A stretch of 64,000 nt of DNA from an uncultured Actinomycetes bacterium (GTDB taxonomy: Bacteria; Actinomycetota; Thermoleophilia; Gaiellales; Gaiellaceae), in assembly GCA_963793035.1 (NCBI GenBank), contig CAWBYI010000004.1, positions 4,175-68,174 of the forward strand. Direction: 5' to 3'. The notes beneath the pieces were generated by a model. The model was not told the DNA's origin. It saw only the letters and a program-made list of their open reading frames with translations, and searched no databases. The translations under genes were made by a program, and so were the position numbers. Below are positions 10,863 through 18,808 of the stretch, in pieces (the stretch's first letter is position 1; each line of letters opens with the position of its first letter).

Positions 10863-11140
10863 GACTCCTCCTTCGCATGTGTTCTGGTGATCCAGCGAGT
10901 GACGATGTGGCTCCGCTCACGCGGGTACTCCTCTCCTGCGTCGGGGCTCGACGGGCGTCGAGCCGATTGGGCCCGAGGGGACCGACGTCCGTCAGGGACT
11001 ACCGAGGGACGAGCGGCTCGGGCGGATGCGAGTGCCGGTCTGTCTTCGCGGCGGGCGTGCTACGCCGCGTCGACGAGAGGCCAGCACTGAAGAGTGATGG
11101 GCGTCATGTACGCCAAAGCTGGCCTCCTTTCCGTCGATGA

Positions 11141-11159
11141 CGGGCAGCGGCGCTGCCCG
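11141..11159 (-). terminator. GC-rich hairpin downstream of the deacetylase gene
   Basis: CGGGCAGC-GGC-GCTGCCCG, an 8-bp stem ~50 nt after the stop at 11209. No clear U-tract. Confidence 0.3.
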
Positions 11160-11208
11160 ACAGAGTCAACGAGTGTGGCAGGCCGCGCGAGCCCGGTCAA
11201 GGAATCCG

Positions 11209-12258
11209 TTACCGGACCACGGCCAAGCGGAGGCCTTTAGCGCGGATCCCCGTCACGATCGCGGGGAGCGCCTTCACCGTCCGTGTCTGGTCGCCGCCGC
11301 CGTCGTGGAGGAGCACGATCGATCCCGGGCGCACGGCGCCGAGGACGCGCTTGACGATCTGCTTGGACGTCGTCTTCGCGTTCCAGTCTTCGGGGTCGAC
11401 CGACCAGAGGACGATGCGCTGGCCGTGCGCGCCGGTCGCCTCCTCGACGTACGGCGAGTAGGAGCCGCCGGGCGGGCGGAAGACCGTCGGCGTGTGCCCG
11501 AGTGCCTCGAGCACGTCGCTCCCGCGGTCGATCTCGCTGAGGATCGTCTCGTGCGGCTGCTGGTCGAACTGCGGGTGGTACGGGTGCGAGTACGAGTGGT
11601 TCGCGACGCCCATACCGGCGGCGAGCTCGCGCCGGACCAGCTTCGGGTAGCGCTCGACGACGTTCCCGACGACGAAGAACGTCGCGCGCGCGTGGAGCCG
11701 CTGGAGTGCTGCGAGAACGCGCGGCGTGTACCGGGACGGGCCGTCGTCGAACGTGAGCGCGACCTCCTTCGGCACCTTCGCGGGCCCGCTCGGGTCGAAG
11801 CGGACGAGCGCGACCTTGGCGGAGATGTCGCCCTTCGCGAACTCCTGCCGTCCCGGCGCCCGCGCGAGCGTGAACTGCGGGTTCGACGGCATGCCGCCGG
11901 GAACGCGCACGAAGAAGTGCTTCGACGGCTCCTCGCGGTCCGTGCCGTCGACCGAGCCGATGCGGTCGCCTTCCTCTAGCGGCGTGGATCCGGGCCGAGC
12001 GCGGCCGTTGACGCGGAGCCTCCCGGGGAAGGCGTCGCTCCGCAGGACCGCCTGCTGCACGTCGAGCAGGTCGCCCGCGGTCGGTTCGATCCCGAACTTC
12101 TCCGCGGCCTCCCCGAGCGTGGTGCCCTCGGACACCTTCTCGTCGATCCCTTCGACCTGCACGGCGATCGTCTTCGTGCGCAGCAGCTGGTAGCCGGCCG
12201 CGGTTGCGCCGGCAACGACCACGAGGACGAGCAGGGCGAGGAGCGCGACGCGGACCAT
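11209..12258 (-). CDS. Membrane-anchored polysaccharide deacetylase (NodB homology domain)
   Basis: N-terminal TM helix, then 'VALTFDDGP', 'HSYSHP' and 'FRPPGGSYS' NodB motifs. Confidence 0.85.
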   Translation of the reverse strand: MVRVALLALLVLVVVAGATAAGYQLLRTKTIAVQVEGIDEKVSEGTTLGEAAEKFGIEPTAGDLLDVQQAVLRSDAFPGRLRVNGRARPGSTPLEEGDRIGSVDGTDREEPSKHFFVRVPGGMPSNPQFTLARAPGRQEFAKGDISAKVALVRFDPSGPAKVPKEVALTFDDGPSRYTPRVLAALQRLHARATFFVVGNVVERYPKLVRRELAAGMGVANHSYSHPYHPQFDQQPHETILSEIDRGSDVLEALGHTPTVFRPPGGSYSPYVEEATGAHGQRIVLWSVDPEDWNAKTTSKQIVKRVLGAVRPGSIVLLHDGGGDQTRTVKALPAIVTGIRAKGLRLAVVR

Positions 12259-12328
12259 GAACGGCCTTTCCGTGTTACCCGACCGCCTCCTCTACGCGTC
12301 GGGCCCCGCGAGAGGTCCCGGTTGAGGC

Positions 12329-13354
12329 TCAGACTTCGCTCGACGCTGCCCAGATGTTGAGCGAGCTCTCGGTCGCGTGGCGGTCGATCGCGTCGAGCTC
12401 GTCGTCCGTGAAGTCGAGCCGGTCGAGCGCGCCGAGGTTCTCCTCGAGCTGCTCCACGCTCGAGGCGCCGATCAGCGCCGAGGTCACGCGCGCGTCGCGG
12501 AGCACCCACGCGATCGCCATCTGGGCGAGCGTCTGGCCGCGGCTCGCCGCGATCTCGTTCAGCGCGCGGATCTTCTCGAGGGCCTCGTCGGTCAGAAGGT
12601 CGGGCGAGAGCGAGCTCGGCCAGCTCGCGCGCGAGCCCTCCGGGATCCCGTCCAGGTACTTGCCGGTGAGCATCCCCTGCGCGAGCGGCGAGAAGACGAT
12701 GCAGCCGATGCCGATCTCGCCGAGCGTCTCGAGGAGCTCCGGCTCGATCCAGCGGTTCAGCATCGAGTACGAGGGCTGGTGGATCACGAACGGCGTCCGC
12801 AGCTCGGTCAGGATCTCGTACGCCTCGCGCGTCGTCTCCGCCGAGTACGAGGAGATCCCGACGTACAGCGCTTTCCCCGCTCGCACGGCGGAGTCGAGCG
12901 CGCCCATCGTCTCCTCGAGCGGCGTCTCCGGGTCGTAGCGGTGCGAGTAGAAGATGTCGACGTAGTCGAGGCCCATCCGCTCGAGGCTCTGGTCGAGGCT
13001 CGTCAGCAGGTACTTGCGCGAGCCCCACTCGCCGTACGGGCCCGGCCACATGTCGTAGCCCGCCTTGGTCGAGATCACGAGCTCGTGGCGATACGGACTC
13101 AGGTCCTCGCGGTAGAGGACACCGAAGTTCTCCTCCGCCGCGCCGTAGGGCGGCCCGTAGTTGTTCGCGAGGTCGAAGTGCGTGATGCCGAGGTCGAACG
13201 CGCGGCGGACGATCGCGCGGCTCGTCTCGATCGGACGATCGTGGCCGAAGTTCCACCACAGGCCGAGCGAGATCGCCGGCAGCAGGAGCCCGCTGCGCCC
13301 GGAGCGGCGGTACTGCATCCGGTCGTAGCGGTCATCGGCGGGGGCGTACGTCAC
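12329..13354 (-). CDS. Aldo/keto reductase (YghZ/Gpr-like)
   Basis: 341 aa. 'GLWWNFG', 'GITHFDLANNYGPPYG', 'LVISTKAGY' and 'YVDIFYSHRYD' are typical AKR motifs. Confidence 0.9.
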   Translation of the reverse strand: MTYAPADDRYDRMQYRRSGRSGLLLPAISLGLWWNFGHDRPIETSRAIVRRAFDLGITHFDLANNYGPPYGAAEENFGVLYREDLSPYRHELVISTKAGYDMWPGPYGEWGSRKYLLTSLDQSLERMGLDYVDIFYSHRYDPETPLEETMGALDSAVRAGKALYVGISSYSAETTREAYEILTELRTPFVIHQPSYSMLNRWIEPELLETLGEIGIGCIVFSPLAQGMLTGKYLDGIPEGSRASWPSSLSPDLLTDEALEKIRALNEIAASRGQTLAQMAIAWVLRDARVTSALIGASSVEQLEENLGALDRLDFTDDELDAIDRHATESSLNIWAASSEV

Positions 13355-13468
13355 GGTTCGAGCTTACAAGTGGCAGGACATCGCCCATCCGGCCACCTTG
13401 TGCGGCCCGCCACCGGCTGGCACCGTGACGATGTGGACGAAGAGGAAGGGATCTACCGAGGCGAAGTC

Positions 13469-13694
13469 ATGGCGATCCTGGGCGCGCTCGCCGACATCTC
13501 CAGCGACACGCTTCGGATCCTTGCCATCCTTCGAGGCGAAGACTACGAGGAGGACGACGGCGATGAAGAATTGGACGCCTGAGGAGTTCCGCGCGTACAG
13601 GGCGGCCCGCGAGCAGCGGATCAAGGCACTGCGCGCACGCGTCGAGCAGATACGCGCCGAGCTCGAGGCGAAGCGGCGCGAAAAGCCTGCCTGA
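13469..13694 (+). pseudogene. Small acidic/coiled-coil hypothetical protein, apparently split by a 1-nt insertion near 13570
   Basis: ORF 'MAILGALADISSDTLRILAILRGEDYEEDDGDEE' joins smoothly to 'WTPEEFRAYRAAREQRIKALRARVEQIRAELEAKRREKPA' if one T of gaattgg is removed. Both halves have SD-like sequences. An alternative GTG start is at 13433. Confidence 0.35.
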
Positions 13695-13698
13695 GGGT

Positions 13699-14718
13699 CT
13701 AGGACAGCCCGGCTTCGGCGAGCGGGCGTCGGCCCCACGCGAAGCGCGTCTCGTACCAGCCGGTCATCGGCGTGAGCGTCGTACCGCGGTCGGACGAGTG
13801 GGCCATCCAGCCGTTCCCGACGTAGATCCCCATGTGCCCGACCTCGGCCGGCTTCGACGCCTTGCCGCGTGAGCCGAAGAAGACGAGATCGCCGGGCTGG
13901 AGGCTCTCCCACGGGACGCGCGCCGCTCGCGGAACCTCGCCGCTCATGTCGAACGTCGTCCGTCCCCTGAGCACCGCGCCGAGCGCCTCGGACCCGCCGA
14001 AGGACTCGAGCTTGTAGACGCGCCAGACGAACCCGCTGCAGTCGAAGCCGCCTGGCTGCTTGCGCCCGAGCAGCACCTGCGGGCGTTCCGACGTGCCCGC
14101 CCACACGTACGGCGAGCCGACGAAGCGGAGCGCGCGGGCGAGGATCGCCTGCTGCCAGGCGTCGAGCTGCGGGAAGGTGAACACCTCGAGCTGGGCGCGC
14201 GCCGCCTCGAGCTCGAACTCGGAGATCGTCAGCACGCGGGCGATCGAGTACGCCGCCTCCGCGCGCGTCGCAGGCTGCCCGAGCTGGAGCTCGAGCTGCT
14301 CCTGCGTCTTCACGTGGTTGACGCGGAGGCCGAGCAGGCGGGCGACGGTCTCCGTCCCGAGCCACTGCTTCGGGGTGAGCCCGGCGGCGAGTGCGGCGAG
14401 CCGCAGGTTGCGCGCGTAGTCCCGGAACCCGATCGCCGTGACGAGCTGCGCGTCGAGCTCGCGGACCGAGACCGGCCGGTCGAGGTCCGTGACGGAGACG
14501 ACCGGAACGCCGAGCGTCGCGAGCACGATCGAGAGCTCGCCGGCCGTGAGCGGGTCGTCCGGCCGGAACTCGGCGGGGCTCGGCGCCATCAGGCCCGCGT
14601 CGACGACTGCCTGGATCTGCGGGGAGGCCCAGGAACGCGGCGCTGCGCCGGCGCTCGAGACGCCGAGGGCGACGAAGGAGAAGAGCAGGCACGAGAGAAC
14701 GAGGACCCGGCGCATCAC
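13699..14718 (-). CDS. Secreted NlpC/P60 (C40) cell-wall peptidase
   Basis: Signal peptide 'MMRRVLVLSCLLFSFVALGVSSAGA'. The C-terminal part has 'GGFDCSGFVWRVY', 'GDLVFF' and 'HMGIYVGNGWMAHS' catalytic Cys/His motifs. Confidence 0.9.
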   Translation of the reverse strand: MMRRVLVLSCLLFSFVALGVSSAGAAPRSWASPQIQAVVDAGLMAPSPAEFRPDDPLTAGELSIVLATLGVPVVSVTDLDRPVSVRELDAQLVTAIGFRDYARNLRLAALAAGLTPKQWLGTETVARLLGLRVNHVKTQEQLELQLGQPATRAEAAYSIARVLTISEFELEAARAQLEVFTFPQLDAWQQAILARALRFVGSPYVWAGTSERPQVLLGRKQPGGFDCSGFVWRVYKLESFGGSEALGAVLRGRTTFDMSGEVPRAARVPWESLQPGDLVFFGSRGKASKPAEVGHMGIYVGNGWMAHSSDRGTTLTPMTGWYETRFAWGRRPLAEAGLS

Positions 14719-14797
14719 GCCGAGTATCGGACGATTCCTGCTGCGCCAACAGATCTCTTAAGAGAACCCGAACAGGGGCCACGCCTACAGTTGCAGC

Positions 14798-15295
14798 GTG
14801 CGTGCGGTCCTCGTTCTCGCCTTCGTCGTCGCGCTGGCTGCAGCTGGATGCGGCGGCGAGAAGGAAGCGACCGCGCCGCCTCCGGACACGAGCGCGCAAC
14901 AGGCGCCCGAGGTCGAGGGCGTCACGATCGACGGCAAGCGGCTCTCACTCGCGGACTTCCGAGGACAGCCGGTGTTCGTGAACGTCTGGGCGGCCTGGTG
15001 ACTGACCTGCCAGAGCGAGGCGGTCGCCTACGCAGAGTTTCAGGAGGATCACCCCGAGTTCGCGTACCTCGGGATCGCGGTCGCGAGCACGCCTGAGGAG
15101 GCGAGAGGCTTCGTCGAGCGCTATGGCTGGACGTGGCCGTCGATCGTCGACCGAGAGCGCGAGCGAGCGCGGAGCCTCGGCGCCGAGTACCAGCCGCACG
15201 TGATCGTGCTCGACGAGGACGGTCGCATCGTCGGCTCCTTCGAAGGCGGCGGCGAGGACGCGGACTGGGAAGCGCTCGCCGACCGCGTCTCCTGA
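14798..15295 (+). CDS. TlpA/ResA-like thioredoxin-fold lipoprotein with an in-frame TGA at the first Cys of CxxC (candidate selenoprotein, UxxC)
   Basis: Lipobox 'ALAAAGC'. '...GQPVFVNVWAAW-TGA-LTCQSEAVAY...' is followed by 97 more open codons with thioredoxin-fold sequence ('YGWTWPSIVD', 'EYQPHVIVLDEDGRIVGSF') up to the TGA at 15293-15295. The in-frame TGA is at 14999-15001. Confidence 0.6.
15015..15033 (+). promoter_or_regulatory. Candidate bacterial SECIS hairpin
   Basis: GCGAGGC-[GGUC]-GCCU(A)CGC, 7 bp with one bulged A. The apical GGUC loop begins 20 nt after the UGA, which is similar to the E. coli fdhF SECIS geometry. Confidence 0.45.
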
Positions 15296-15322
15296 TCAGC
15301 GAGGTCGCTAGGCTCCGCGCGG

Positions 15323-15685
15323 ATGAGCAGCGCCGAGACGAGGAAGCTCGCGAGCGACTGCCTCTCGGCGTCGTGGCTCGCCGAACGGTGGGCGGTCGAT
15401 CCCGGGAAGATCGAGGCCATGCGGCGCGGAGGCGAGCTCATCGCCGTGCACGCGGAGGGCTCGACCGAGTGGCTGTACCCGACGTGGCAGCTCGACGGTC
15501 GCGAGCCGCGGCGCGTGGTCGCACGCATCGTCGCCGCGGCGCGCGAGGCCAGGCTTGACGAGGCGCGCCTCTACGAGGTGCTCACGGGGCGGCTCGGCCT
15601 GCGCGGCGACAGGCGCCTCGTCGATCTCGTGCTCGAAGGTCGCGACGACGAGGTCGTCGAGGCCGTGCGCTCGGCGAATCCCTAG
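15323..15685 (+). CDS. Hypothetical protein, C-terminus weakly resembles the Xre/MbcA/ParS-type antitoxin (DUF2384) domain
   Basis: 120-aa ORF. '...ARLYEVLTGRLGLRGDRRLVDLVLEGRDDEVVEAV' resembles the DUF2384 pattern. No toxin partner is adjacent. Confidence 0.45.
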   Translation: MSSAETRKLASDCLSASWLAERWAVDPGKIEAMRRGGELIAVHAEGSTEWLYPTWQLDGREPRRVVARIVAAAREARLDEARLYEVLTGRLGLRGDRRLVDLVLEGRDDEVVEAVRSANP

Positions 15686-15702
15686 CTCGCGAGATCGCCG
15701 CG

Positions 15703-16533
15703 CTAAGCGGCGCGCTCGATCGACACGTCGCCGCTGACCGTCTTCACGTGGACGGGCACGACCTCGCCCGGCGTCTCCGACTCCGCCTCGGCCACCGCAA
15801 CCTCGGCGTCCATGGCGAGATCGGAGCGCATGTCGCCTGAGATCGATGACGCATCGACCCAGATGCGCGTCCCGCGCCCGATGCCGATGCGGCTGTCGCC
15901 CGACACGGACTGGACGCGGAGCTCGCCGGCTTCGAGGGAGCGCAGGCTCACGTCACCCGACGTCGTCGATACGGCGACCGGGCCGCGGATGGTGCCGAGA
16001 TCCACGTCGCCGGATACCGTCCTGAGCGTCAGGTCGGCTTCGACATGGCGGATCTCGACGTCCCCCGAGACCGTCTGGAGCGACGAGCCGTCGGCCAGGA
16101 CTCGCTCGAGGTTGACGTCTCCGCTCGCAGTCTTCACCTCGAGCTTGCCGTTGACCTCGCCGAGCCACACGTCGCCGGAGGCGGTTCGCGCCGAGACCCG
16201 CCCGTACTGCCCCTCGGCGCGGAATTCGGTGGAGGCGCCGTTCAGCTCGAGCTCCGACCCGACGGGGCAGTTGACCCGCACTTCCACGTCGCCGCCCCAG
16301 CTGATCTGGATCGGGCCCCACTCGATCCGGTTGCGCTGCTCGACGAGGACGACGTGCCGGCCGCCGCGCTCGTGGTGCTCGATCTTGATCTGCTCGAGGG
16401 CCTCTTCGCCGCGCCGGCCCATCGGGACGACCTCGACCTCGGTGACGGGCGCCTCGGTCGTCCCGACGACGACTCGGCCGGAGGGAATCCGAACCTGGAC
16501 GCTGACCTCGCCAGGTGTCTCGAAGATCTCCAC
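15703..16533 (-). CDS. DUF4097 beta-strand-repeat protein
   Basis: Repeated 'SGDV.L' units occur (TASGDVWL, TASGDVNL, TVSGDVEI, TVSGDVDL, TTSGDVSL, SVSGDSRI, TVSGDVSI). GTG start. Confidence 0.85.
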   Translation of the reverse strand: MEIFETPGEVSVQVRIPSGRVVVGTTEAPVTEVEVVPMGRRGEEALEQIKIEHHERGGRHVVLVEQRNRIEWGPIQISWGGDVEVRVNCPVGSELELNGASTEFRAEGQYGRVSARTASGDVWLGEVNGKLEVKTASGDVNLERVLADGSSLQTVSGDVEIRHVEADLTLRTVSGDVDLGTIRGPVAVSTTSGDVSLRSLEAGELRVQSVSGDSRIGIGRGTRIWVDASSISGDMRSDLAMDAEVAVAEAESETPGEVVPVHVKTVSGDVSIERAA

Positions 16534-16536
16534 GGT

Positions 16537-16674
16537 CTAGTCCTGGGGCTTCCCGGGCGAGCGGCGGACACGCGTGCCCGTCGGCCGGGACTGCGCCCGG
16601 CGCTTGCGCTCGCCGGGCTCGTTGTGGTGGTCGAGGTACGAGACGTATTCGAATGGCAACGGTGCGAGGAGCAT
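16537..16674 (-). CDS. Micro-ORF (45 aa) between the RHH gene and the DUF4097 gene
   Basis: Not in the ORF track (<60 aa). GGGAGGG lies 3 nt upstream of the ATG. It reads 'MLLAPLPFEYVSYLDHHNEPGERKRRAQSRPTGTRVRRSPGKPQD', and its TAG is 3 nt before the DUF4097 GTG. Confidence 0.4.
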   Translation of the reverse strand: MLLAPLPFEYVSYLDHHNEPGERKRRAQSRPTGTRVRRSPGKPQD

Positions 16675-16695
16675 GGTCCCTCCCTTCTCGCGGGC

Positions 16696-17154
16696 TCAGC
16701 CCTGGGCGTAGCCCTGAAGTCGGTTGTGCCGGCCGCGCCTCGAAGGCCGCGACTCGACTGCCTGCGCGATCGTGCGAACGAGCCAGGTGTTCGCCGAGAT
16801 GCCTTCCTGTTCGGCGGCCGCCTCGACGACGGTCTTGAGCTTCTCGGGGAGCCGGAGCGTGATGCGCCCCTTGAGCTCCTCCCCGGCGACGAGCTGGGTC
16901 GCGTCCGGCGCCTCGTCGATGACGACGACGAGCTCGGGATCGCGGCCCGCGAGCCGCACTTCGACGCGGCCCGACGAAAGCTGGGAGCCGATCTCGGCCG
17001 CCGCCTCGCCCAGAAGGTCGAGGAGGCGGAGATGCAGCGTCGAGGCGAGCGCCTCGCTCATCCGGCGAGCGGCTTCGGCGGTTGCCTCGTCCCCGAGACC
17101 GGCTGTGGTGGCGAGATCCTGCTGGATCGCCTGGATGTGCACTTCCAACTGCAT
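16696..17154 (-). CDS. HicB-like / ribbon-helix-helix domain protein
   Basis: 152 aa. The C-terminal 'GRITLRLPEKLKTVVEAAAEQEGISANTWLVRTIAQAV' is a typical Arc/CopG RHH. It is the first gene of the operon with DUF4097. Confidence 0.7.
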   Translation of the reverse strand: MQLEVHIQAIQQDLATTAGLGDEATAEAARRMSEALASTLHLRLLDLLGEAAAEIGSQLSSGRVEVRLAGRDPELVVVIDEAPDATQLVAGEELKGRITLRLPEKLKTVVEAAAEQEGISANTWLVRTIAQAVESRPSRRGRHNRLQGYAQG

Positions 17155-17156
17155 CG

Positions 17157-17192
17157 TGACATCACTATGACATCACTTGTGGTGCCTGTCAA
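17157..17192 (-). promoter_or_regulatory. Putative leaderless promoter with overlapping direct-repeat operator
   Basis: On the minus strand: TTGACA (17192-17187), a 17-nt spacer, CATAGT (17169-17164), then the ATG at 17154. The 10-nt direct repeat AGTGATGTCA occurs twice, 11 nt apart (17157-17166, 17168-17177), covering the -10 and the predicted TSS. Confidence 0.45.
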
Positions 17193-17298
17193 GCACCAAT
17201 TTCCAGCCACTTCGCGTCGGAACGCGTTTGCAGCGCCGTCAGAGCGCCGTGGACGGCCCGAAATTCCGCATTAGCAGGAGGTTTTGACCGTCTCGACG

Positions 17299-17321
17299 CC
17301 TAGTGTCAATTTGACACTAGG
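17299..17321. promoter_or_regulatory. Perfect 23-bp AT-rich palindrome (operator-like)
   Basis: CCTAGTGTCAA-T-TTGACACTAGG has 11-bp arms. It lies ~145 bp upstream of the RHH start. The half-site TAGTGTCA resembles the AGTGATGTCA repeats at the promoter. Confidence 0.4.
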
Positions 17322-17338
17322 TACGACCGGAGAATGGC

Positions 17339-18761
17339 CTAGTCGAGCTCGGTGCTGTCGGAGCCGAGCTGCACGACCCGCTCGACGCTGTGGCCGTGCT
17401 CGTCTGCGGCGGTAAGGACGATTTCCGGCCCGTCGCTCGAGATCGGGACGTCCAGCCACCCATCCTGGCCGAAGCGGTACCGAAACCGCCTCCCCCGTGC
17501 CGGTCGTCACGTCGATGGGCGCTCCGGCCGGAACGTCGTACGCGAGCTCGAGCGCGGGAACGCGCGCGACCTCCGCGTCCGACGGCAGGACTGGGTTGCG
17601 CGGGTCGAGCTCCTCGGCGATCGCGGCGAAGCGCGCGTAGGACGGCTTCGGGGTGCCGTCCGTCGCGATGAGGCCGCTCTGCCAGGGCTCCGTGACGCGG
17701 TCGACGAGCGTGAACCAGATGAGCAGGCGCACGCGCGGGTTGCCGGCGGCGAGCGCAAGCGCCTCCTCGGCGAACTGCGCCTGGGTGTCGAGCGAGATAC
17801 CCGCGGCGTCCGGCACCGTCTCGTGCCCGTATTCGGTGACCCAGATCGGCGTGCTGCTGCGGCCGAACCAGGAGTCGAGCGACTCGCCGAAGCGCTCGAG
17901 GTTGCCCATTGCAACGCGCGGCCACCGGACCGGCTTCGCGGGGGCGACCCCGGGCCGCGGCGGGTACGGGTGCTGGCCCCACGCGTCGAACCGGAGCGCC
18001 GGGCGCTGTTCCGAGACGAGTCGCGCGAAGAGCGCCGGCGAATGGCTGTCCTGCACGGCGCCGCGGCTCGGGCGGTCCTGCCCTCGCGGCGACGTCTCGC
18101 CGATCGCGACGAGCGCGTCCGGGTTCGCCTCCTTCACGCCGTCGTCGATCGCGCGTGCGATCTCGGCGTAGATGGCGGGCGACGCGGACTGGCCGGCCTC
18201 GTCGAACTGCGGCGCGAGAAACTGCTCGAGGTTCGGCTCGTTCCACGCGGTGAACAGCCGGACGGCCGGATACCCCGAGTGCCGGCCCGAGTAGCGGTCG
18301 GCGAGCGCGTAGGCGAAGTCCTCGAGATCCCGCGCGACGGTCGGCGGATGGTTCGGCGTCTGCCCGCCGTTTGCCCACTCCGGCGTGCCCCAGATGCTGA
18401 GCAGCAGCTCGATTCCGCGCTGCTGGCCACTCCGGACGAGGTCGTCGAGATCGTCGAAGTGGTACGCCGGATCGAAGGAGTCCCGCGGGTTCGCCGGCCG
18501 CCTCGTCGCCGCGTCCTGCCAGGCGACAATCGTGCGGATCACGCCCGCGTTCGCGTCGCGGGCGGCGTCGAGCGCGACCGCGCGGTCGGTCGCCCAGCGG
18601 AACGACGCGTCGTCCTGGAACCCGACGAGCAGGCGCCCGGGCATCGCGTGCTCGGGGAGCGTGACCGGGTCGTTCGAGTCGGCGCCACGGCTGTACGCGA
18701 ACGCGAAGACGGCGCCCGCCGCGACGACCGCGACGCCGAGCGCGGCGAAGACCCACCTCAT
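17339..18761 (-). pseudogene. Secreted clan-A (GH5-like TIM barrel) glycoside-hydrolase-like protein, one frameshift near 17483-17485
   Basis: Signal anchor, then 'FTAWNEPN' and 'IWVTEYGHE' (acid/base and nucleophile Glu motifs). The C-terminus continues as 'RYRFGQDGWLDVPISSDGPEIVLTAADEHGHSVERVVQLGSDSTELD*' (stop 17339-17341) if one A/T of the aaa run is removed. It is a paralog of 26382-27800. Confidence 0.7.
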
Positions 18762-18808
18762 CTTGCAGTTGTAGCTGGCGAGGTTCGGCCAGCGTCAGGA
18801 GAGCTGCG

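Noticed and set aside
10848-10876. Shared 16-mer CATGACTCCTCCTTCG at 10860-10875 and 32990-33005
   Set aside because: It is simply a strong Shine-Dalgarno (AAGGAGGAG) plus ATG on the minus strand of two unrelated genes, not a mobile or regulatory repeat.
14719-14797. ydaO/c-di-AMP riboswitch upstream of the NlpC/P60 peptidase
   Set aside because: The upstream spacer is only ~80 nt, too short for that riboswitch, and no conserved motif is visible.
14999-15001. TGA in the thioredoxin-like gene as just another assembly error or nonsense mutation
   Set aside because: I kept this only as the alternative hypothesis, not the preferred one. Every other lesion in the window is an indel. This one is in-frame, sits at the catalytic Cys codon, and is followed by a SECIS-like hairpin at the canonical distance.
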